From Puniceicoccales bacterium (GTDB lineage Bacteria > Verrucomicrobiota > Verrucomicrobiia > Opitutales > JAIRLM01): a stretch of DNA of 64,000 bases. A program made the translations under genes and the position numbers. Every line of letters begins with the position of its first letter. The stretch's first letter is position 1. Positions 58,582 to 64,000 of this stretch are shown piece by piece. The notes below the pieces were generated by a model that searched no databases, had not been told where the DNA came from, and saw only the letters and a program-made list of their open reading frames with translations. Location: the NCBI GenBank assembly GCA_031282835.1, contig JAITCU010000022.1, positions 1,587 to 65,586 of the forward strand, in the 5' to 3' direction.

Positions 58582-59285
58582 GAATTTTCGTCCCTTGGAG
58601 TTAGCCATAGAAGTAGGCACTCACTGCCGATGATAACCGCGAATGGGATTGCCTGGTGTGCGTGTACGAGCCCGGCGAGCATGCCATTTAGAAGCACGAT
58701 GGCGTGGCGAAATTTGGTCCCAAGCTCGCGTGTGGTAACTACGCGGAGCACTAAAATGATCATGTGCACCAGGAGGAGGGCACGTAGCGTTGGAGAGGTA
58801 TCGATAAGGATTTGATTGGATATGACCAAAAGCCACGGTGCGGCGTTGACCAAAAGAAGATGGACGAGCATAAATCGCCGGGGAATATGGGCCAACGCAC
58901 CGGTAAGCCACCGGGTAAAGGGAAATGTTCCGTAAAATGCCAACAACCCAATGCTCCACAGGCATCGGGCCAGCGAATTGCCGAATGGAGCTATAATGCG
59001 CGAAAGCAGTAGCAACAACGCCGCAAGGGCGAGCGTCACAAAAAATCTGGTAATTTTGGCCTTTTCCGGGACGTCAATCCTTCGCACGATCGCCAGGGGG
59101 AACAGTTCAATTGCCACCGTGGCCAACATGAAACAAATTGTTAACGTGCTCATAAGACTCCCAAAATTAGTGCCGACGTTAACCCGAGGAAAATTACGTG
59201 CGGTACCGCACGGGTAAACCGTATTCTTCGCTCCATCCAGGCTAAGGCGCTGGCGGAATCGGACCAAAAACGTAAGCCCAGGCAA
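58578..59285 (-). CDS. Hypothetical polytopic membrane protein, translationally coupled to the radical SAM gene
   Basis: About 6 hydrophobic segments (LTICFMLATVAIELFPLAIV, FFVTLALAALLLLLSRII, LWSIGLLAFYGTF, LVHLLLVNAAPWLLVI, ALLLVHMIILVL, LLNGMLAGLV). I recognise no family. The start may be ATG 59153. Confidence 0.55.
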   Translation of the reverse strand: MPGLTFLVRFRQRLSLDGAKNTVYPCGTARNFPRVNVGTNFGSLMSTLTICFMLATVAIELFPLAIVRRIDVPEKAKITRFFVTLALAALLLLLSRIIAPFGNSLARCLWSIGLLAFYGTFPFTRWLTGALAHIPRRFMLVHLLLVNAAPWLLVISNQILIDTSPTLRALLLVHMIILVLRVVTTRELGTKFRHAIVLLNGMLAGLVHAHQAIPFAVIIGSECLLLWLTPRDENS

Positions 59286-59432
59286 TTTTCCAGGATGCAG
59301 GCAAGAATTCGAATTCGCTGAATATTAAAAATCCCCATCGGCATTTTCCGGAAGTATCATCATGGGCCGCGACGGCTGCTGTCAACGATACAAGTTGCAC
59401 ACGAAAAAATGGTTCCCCCTCGAAATTTTGCC

Positions 59433-60212
59433 TCACAGCAGAAAACTGGCCACCAGTGAGGCCACGCTTACCCCCATACTTGTGCAAACACTGGGAATGA
59501 AGCTATTGGATCGCCTATCCAGGTAATACAACACGAAAAACATAATAAAGGTTGGTATGTTTACAAGAAGAAAAATGCCTGATTTGACAATCCCGAAGCA
59601 GCATATGGTGATGATGCTCTTAATGAGTAGGCAAGCAACGCACACGAAGGCCCACTTGCGCCCGTCTAATCTGATAAATTGAAGGAAACTCGGAAAATGG
59701 GATGCAACCAGCGGGAGGACTGTTGCGCCGAAGCCGGCAACCTTGTTTACCAAACCGAGCGGAAAGGGAAATCTGCCAATGGGCAGGAGTCCGATTGTAG
59801 ACACTGTGTTTACCAAAAATAGCGATGGCAATTCCCCCAATGGTTTTTTAAATTGCGTTTGTTTTGTCCAGCGGAGGTAAGCCCGAATCGGGCCTAAAAT
59901 GACAGCGGAAATGAGTGCCCCGATACTCCGTGTGCCCATGATACCAACGGCGGCCGACGCCCCGGCGACTCCCAGATAGGACAACAGGTAACCGAGCCCA
60001 AAGGAGGCGGCGCATGCGACCGCGCCGATTCCAAGGCCGATTACGAGCCATTTGAGAATGTCTCGGCGGTGGTTTACAAACCACGCGCGCGCGGGCGCGA
60101 CAAAGTTTGATAACAACGAAGTTACAACACTTTTAAAAACTCCCGGGCCTTCGAAACCCTCTGGGGTAGCGCAGGATGGCGAACAAACTCGGGTCTCCAG
60201 ATCCGTAAACAT
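59433..60212 (-). CDS. Hypothetical polytopic membrane protein
   Basis: 259-aa ORF with several hydrophobic segments (WLVIGLGIGAVACAASFGLGYLLSYLGVAGASAAVGI..., FVCVACLLIKSIITICCFGIV, FLLVNIPTFIMFFVLYYL). I recognise no family. Confidence 0.5.
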   Translation of the reverse strand: MFTDLETRVCSPSCATPEGFEGPGVFKSVVTSLLSNFVAPARAWFVNHRRDILKWLVIGLGIGAVACAASFGLGYLLSYLGVAGASAAVGIMGTRSIGALISAVILGPIRAYLRWTKQTQFKKPLGELPSLFLVNTVSTIGLLPIGRFPFPLGLVNKVAGFGATVLPLVASHFPSFLQFIRLDGRKWAFVCVACLLIKSIITICCFGIVKSGIFLLVNIPTFIMFFVLYYLDRRSNSFIPSVCTSMGVSVASLVASFLL

Positions 60213-60303
60213 GTTGCTACTAAGCGATATTTCGGCCCTTTGTCAAGGGAATTTCAAAAATTTAGTTGGCGAATTTGGCGTATGACTAATCGCAATAGCG
60301 CGG

Positions 60304-61782
60304 TTATGCGCAGTTGGCATTTTTGCCGCTGGTCCCAGATTTCCCATGGAACGTAAAAGCCTCCCGAAAGTCGACGGCAACACGTCCCGCTTTTTGCCCG
60401 GTCAGGTACTCATTTAATAGGCTGCGGTAATTGGGGTGGGCGCACTGGTCGATGAGTGTCCGCGCCCGTTGCATGGGACCTTTTCCGCGCAAATCCGCCA
60501 CGCCGTATTCGGTGACAATGAATTGGGTGTCGTGTTCCGTGTGATCGACGTGGGAGCAGTGGGGGACGATGGCGCTGATGCTGCCTCCCTTCGCCGTGGA
60601 GGGTGTGGCAAAAATGGAGATGAAACTATTGCGGGCAAAGTCGCCGGAACCACCGATGCCGTTCATAAGGTGGGTGCCCCCAACGTGCGTGCTGTTCACA
60701 TTTCCCCAAATGTCCACTTCCAAAGCCGTATTAATGCCGATTACGCCCAGCCGGCGGATCACCTCCGGATGGTTGCTGATTTCCTGTGGACGTAGGGTGA
60801 GTTTCTTCAAATAGTGCGGCAAATCCGAGTAGATGCGTCCGAGTACTGGCGGGGAAACGGACAAAGCGGCGGAACTGGCAAATCGGATACGATCCGTGTC
60901 AATGCCGTCAATGACCGTATCCTGTACGATTTCGGAATACATGCAAAAGGGAGGTATGGACGGGGACGAGTAAAGTGCCGCCAAAAGGGCGTTGGAAACG
61001 TTCCCAACGCCGGACTGGATGGGCAGGAAGGATTCTCCAATCCGCCCGGCGCGCATCTCGTCGATGAGCAGTTGGGCAATATTTTCTCCGATTTTTCGGG
61101 AAACCTCATCGATGGGAGCCATCGCCGCGCCGTGATCCGGGACGTTTGTGTGCACAATTCCCACAATTTTCGTCGGATTTACCCGCATTAGCGTGGCTCC
61201 GATGCGATCCGATGGACGATAGATGGGAATTTCCCGGGTTCGTGGGGGGAGATCCAATTCGTAGATGTCGTGCAACCCTTCTAGGTCATTGGGGTGGTAA
61301 CCATTGAGTTCAATGAGAATGCGCTTTGCCAGGCGGGCAAAGGTGGGTACGGCGCCAACGGAACTGGTCAGCAGGATGGAACCGTCCCGGTAAACGGCGG
61401 CGGCTTCAAAAATGGCATAATCGATCGGACCCAGGGCGCCACACTTGAGCAGGGGCATCATTGAAGAAAGATGCATATCCACAAACTCCACTTTTCGAGC
61501 GTTAATGCTCTGCCGCAACGGGACGCTTGTTTGGTACGGGGTCCGGTAGGAAATGGCTTCTGCGTTTGCAAGGGCATCGTCCACCGCCGTGTCCGTGGAC
61601 GTACCAAGTATACGCACGGCGAAGGGGGTTCCGTTTGCGTGCATCGCATGGGCCCGCTCAGCCAGGGATTTTGTGATAACCTTCACCGATCCTGCCGTCG
61701 TAAATCCTCCCACGGCGACGGTGTCACCATCCTGAATCATTTCCGCCGCCTCATCGGCAGATAGAACCGCGTATTCTCTCAT
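60304..61782 (-). CDS. Acetyl-CoA hydrolase/transferase family protein (succinyl-CoA:acetate CoA-transferase, AarC/Cat1-like)
   Basis: DEAAEMIQDGDTVAVGGFT...LPIQSGVGNVSNALL...LRPQEISNHPEVIRRLGVIGINTALEVDIWGNVNSTHV..GIGGSGDFARN..VDHTEHD. Start set at ATG 61782. The 97 upstream in-frame codons overlap repeat sequence. Confidence 0.88.
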   Translation of the reverse strand: MREYAVLSADEAAEMIQDGDTVAVGGFTTAGSVKVITKSLAERAHAMHANGTPFAVRILGTSTDTAVDDALANAEAISYRTPYQTSVPLRQSINARKVEFVDMHLSSMMPLLKCGALGPIDYAIFEAAAVYRDGSILLTSSVGAVPTFARLAKRILIELNGYHPNDLEGLHDIYELDLPPRTREIPIYRPSDRIGATLMRVNPTKIVGIVHTNVPDHGAAMAPIDEVSRKIGENIAQLLIDEMRAGRIGESFLPIQSGVGNVSNALLAALYSSPSIPPFCMYSEIVQDTVIDGIDTDRIRFASSAALSVSPPVLGRIYSDLPHYLKKLTLRPQEISNHPEVIRRLGVIGINTALEVDIWGNVNSTHVGGTHLMNGIGGSGDFARNSFISIFATPSTAKGGSISAIVPHCSHVDHTEHDTQFIVTEYGVADLRGKGPMQRARTLIDQCAHPNYRSLLNEYLTGQKAGRVAVDFREAFTFHGKSGTSGKNANCA

Positions 61783-61964
61783 ACAGGTAAGCAGAGAAGC
61801 CGGGGGAAGCCCCTTTGGCAAAACTTTTGAGACATTGTGCCGCGATTTTTGCGCCAGGGCGCGGTTGCACGCGCAGCAGCTCACAAATTTTGATGGCGGA
61901 TTTGTGGAGAAACCGCCCAAATTGCCTCCAATCGTGATTTCAGGGCTGCCTTGCGGCAACCTTT

Positions 61965-62050
61965 TCTCGCAATAGCGACCAACTGTGTATGCATTACACA
62001 TAACCCGCCGCTGTTTGGCCTTTTCCAGGTCACAGTTTTGCAACTCACAT
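61965..62050 (-). repeat. R100 repeat module, copy E (shortened, diverged)
   Basis: ATGTGAGTTGCAAAACTGTGACC...GCTATTGCGAGAAAAGG parallels copy A (ATGCGAATTGCAAAACTCTGAATT...GCTATTGCAAGGAAAATT) with a deletion of about 30 nt. Confidence 0.55.
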
Positions 62051-62258
62051 GTTAAATTTTTCATTTTTGTCAAAGATCAAATGCCATTTTTTGCCGATTG
62101 ATTTGGATGGTGGAAAGTGGCAAAACCATCCCGAAATCGTAATTTATAAGATGTATCTCGTTGGATTTTTAGGGCGAACTAGCTAGTTCATTCTTTTTAT
62201 TTATTGATTAATGATATTCTTTAAATGGTTTTTGCAGCTGGCAGCGGGCTGGCCCGTC

Positions 62259-62399
62259 CTAAACATGTGGGAAATTCTCGTGGAAACGAGAGTTCCCGTT
62301 TAAGGCAGGTGTCAGTCCTAGGATTGGGAACGTTTGCGGGTCCCGATCGTTATCAAAAATATCTATCGCGAATGCGGCGGTAATAGTGGTGCTTTTCAT
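62259..62399 (-). pseudogene. Frameshifted small ORF of cassette copy 4 (46 codons)
   Basis: MKSTTITAAFAIDIFDNDRDPQTFPILGLTPALNGNSRFHENFPHV*. A 1-nt deletion relative to copy 3 (CTCAAAC versus TTAAAC) shifts the frame, and the stop falls just before the conserved block. Confidence 0.4.
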
Positions 62400-62432
62400 A
62401 TTGAATCTTCTCCTCTGAACTCGAATTCGCAG

Positions 62433-62463
62433 ACTATACTGCTGCGGGGAGGGAATTTGTCAA
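62433..62463 (-). promoter_or_regulatory. Predicted promoter of cassette copy 4 (TTGACA-N19-TATAGT)
   Basis: TTGACA at 62463-62458 and TATAGT at 62438-62433 on the minus strand, with a T7 tract upstream. Confidence 0.5.
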
Positions 62464-62546
62464 CACCATTTGTGAAAAAAATGCCAAAATTTGGCGAATA
62501 CCTTCGGAGAACCTTGTTCTAAGCGGCGATCCGGCATACCAGCTCT

Positions 62547-63764
62547 TTGGGTTCTTTCTTGGGCGGGTCCCATTTTCCTCAAACGGTTGTGGAGCCTGTT
62601 GTTCCGAGGCAACGTTTTCGCAAAATTCATTGCATATGCTTATCCTATGAGTGGAAAGTTGGCCCCGTGGTTAGGTTTTGGCTCGCAACCCTTGGCGTAC
62701 TAGCTGGCACGCTATTTCCGCCGATGTGCATTGTCGGGATGGACGGGACGCCGGAGGTTTCCGTGGTCATCCCCGTTTACAATGGGGAGGCCTACCTGGC
62801 GCGGGCCTTGGATAGTGTTCTCAACCAAAACTTCAGGGACTTGGAAATTATCTGTGTGGACGACGGGTCCACGGACGGGGCATTGGAGATTTTAAAAAAA
62901 TATGCAGCCCGGGATCCGCGCATCGTCGTTTTGGAAAATGTGATCAATCGGGGCACACTCTACACGCGGCTGCGGGGAATTTTACACTCCAAAGGCGCAT
63001 ACATCATGACTTTGGATCCGGATGATGAATTTTTGCCTGAAATTATCGAAAAAGCCCATAAAGTTGCAACAGCCCACGATGCAGATATCGTCCATTTTAA
63101 TGCGAAATATGTAACCGAGTGTGGCGCGGGAAAACGTATGTGCCGGAAAAAAGGGCCCATATTTCGCACCTTGGATGGCCCAAGTGCGAGTGATGTTTTT
63201 GTAGATGGACATAACGTCCATGTATGGGACAAAATGTTTGCACGGGAACCGCTTGTTGCCGCTGCGCGGTATCTGTTTCCTTGGGCGCGGCGAAACCATA
63301 TCATATATGGCGAAGATACCATAACCCTCGCCTTTACGGCGAAGAATATAAGAAGATATGTCGGGATCGAAATTTTTGGGTGTACCCATTACATCTCAAC
63401 CGGCGTGATGTGGAAAGCCCGCCAAAATGCATCGAAATTCATGCGTCAACTTTCCGATCAGCGCCTGGCCTATCTCAAGATGGTCGTGGGCATGATCGAG
63501 CTCGGCGACTCAGCCCATGCGGCACGGCTTTTGCACCGCTTCCACGCACCATTTTATGAGTATATTGCCATCCTTCCCCTGCAAGATGGAATAGATCTCT
63601 TTTCGAAATATATCGAGCCCATGTCGCTTAAAACACGCCTAAAAGCGGCACGAAAAATGCGATGTGCGTCGCCGCAGTGGTGCCGGGAAATTTCGCAACT
63701 GGCACGGATTGCACGAAACGGCATTCAAGCTGGCGCGGATATGGATAGAGCGCAGGCGCAGTAA
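62547..63764 (+). CDS. Glycosyltransferase family 2
   Basis: VSVVIPVYNGEAYLARALDSVLNQNFRDLEIICVDDGSTDG...MTLDPDDEF. The maximal ORF is given; the true start is probably later (for example just before the TM-like RFWLATLGVLAGTLF). Confidence 0.85.
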   Translation: MGSFLGGSHFPQTVVEPVVPRQRFRKIHCICLSYEWKVGPVVRFWLATLGVLAGTLFPPMCIVGMDGTPEVSVVIPVYNGEAYLARALDSVLNQNFRDLEIICVDDGSTDGALEILKKYAARDPRIVVLENVINRGTLYTRLRGILHSKGAYIMTLDPDDEFLPEIIEKAHKVATAHDADIVHFNAKYVTECGAGKRMCRKKGPIFRTLDGPSASDVFVDGHNVHVWDKMFAREPLVAAARYLFPWARRNHIIYGEDTITLAFTAKNIRRYVGIEIFGCTHYISTGVMWKARQNASKFMRQLSDQRLAYLKMVVGMIELGDSAHAARLLHRFHAPFYEYIAILPLQDGIDLFSKYIEPMSLKTRLKAARKMRCASPQWCREISQLARIARNGIQAGADMDRAQAQ

Positions 63765-63856
63765 TTCATCAAATTTGCCACTCCTCGATTTTCGTCCTAA
63801 ACACGTTGGACTGCTTGCAAAAAGCAATTTTTGAGTCGATGCCTGTCTTGGACATC

Positions 63857-64000
63857 ATGGTTTTTAATTTTTTCAAGCGAGCGACCCGTAAAATTACATC
63901 CGCAGCCAAGAATATATTCGGCTTTGCCGGGAATATTTTTCACGGAGTCCCCCATGATTTTGAATCCATTGAAGCCGCACTTTATCGGGCAGATTTCGGT
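63857..64000 (+). CDS. ftsY: Signal recognition particle receptor FtsY, N-terminal fragment (continues off-window)
   Basis: Not in the ORF track because it is open at the right edge. Manual translation gives MVFNFFKRATRKITSAAKNIFGFAGNIFHGVPHDFESIEAALYRADFG, which resembles short-form FtsY N-termini (MFxFFKKL...IDEExLEELEExLIxADVG). Confidence 0.5.
   Translation, partial: MVFNFFKRATRKITSAAKNIFGFAGNIFHGVPHDFESIEAALYRADFG

Larger units (their letters stand above)
62200..62463 (-). repeat. Dispersed promoter/small-ORF cassette, copy 4 (subtype C3/C4, ORF frameshifted)
   Basis: Colinear with copy 3. Its downstream region (62200-61783) continues into a 19-nt block and R100-E, both shared with the relic at 18.7-19.2 kb. 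Confidence 0.85.

Noticed and set aside
61783-62073. 97-codon Cys-rich N-terminal extension of the CoA-transferase ORF (possible zinc-ribbon fusion)
   Set aside because: The extension coincides with the dispersed 19-mer and the R100-E repeat module. Family similarity starts at MREYAVLSADEA (ATG 61782), so the open frame is most likely fortuitous.

Overview
This is a 64-kb bacterial chromosomal window. From 24.4 to 54.8 kb, all on the minus strand, it holds one uninterrupted translation/transcription supercluster: tRNA-Thr, tuf, tRNA-Trp, secE, nusG, rplKAJL, rpoBC, rpsLG, fusA, then the S10, spc and alpha operons. The flanks carry housekeeping genes: an ABC permease (partial), tRNA-Ser, a GspE/PilB-type ATPase, plsY, rplY-pth, rpsF-ssb-rplI, dnaB, bamA, rsmD, a sigma-70 family factor, sucCD, ispE, hup, mutY, a Nif3-family gene, a radical-SAM activase, an AarC/Cat1-type CoA-transferase, a GT2 glycosyltransferase and ftsY (partial). 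Accessory content sits mainly at 3.5-9.6 kb. It comprises an AT-richer membrane protein with a bilobed hydrophobic C-terminus, a GxSxG hydrolase-like protein, an MFS transporter, two decayed IS982-family transposase fragments and a cysteine-containing LRR protein. A second accessory patch lies at 57.4-60.2 kb. The most unusual signal is a dispersed intergenic cassette with four clear copies and one relic. Each copy has a TTGACA-N19-TATAGT-like promoter, a 12-bp palindrome over the predicted start site, a Shine-Dalgarno sequence and a small conserved ORF (MK.TT...IFDGDLELQ...KFPAFLGRASPL). Three of the four copies point into the next gene. I cannot assign the cassette to any known family. It is linked to further repeat modules (a ~100-bp unit in 4 copies) and to two perfect ~60-bp palindromes, one of which is built from two IS right ends. 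I saw no rRNA, CRISPR array or prophage. All calls come from reading the sequence and the ORF track, with no database search. Start codons were often refined by eye and are less certain than gene identities. I did not assign a taxon; the LRR protein, the bilobed-TM protein and the IS decay hint at a host-associated lifestyle, but that is inference only.
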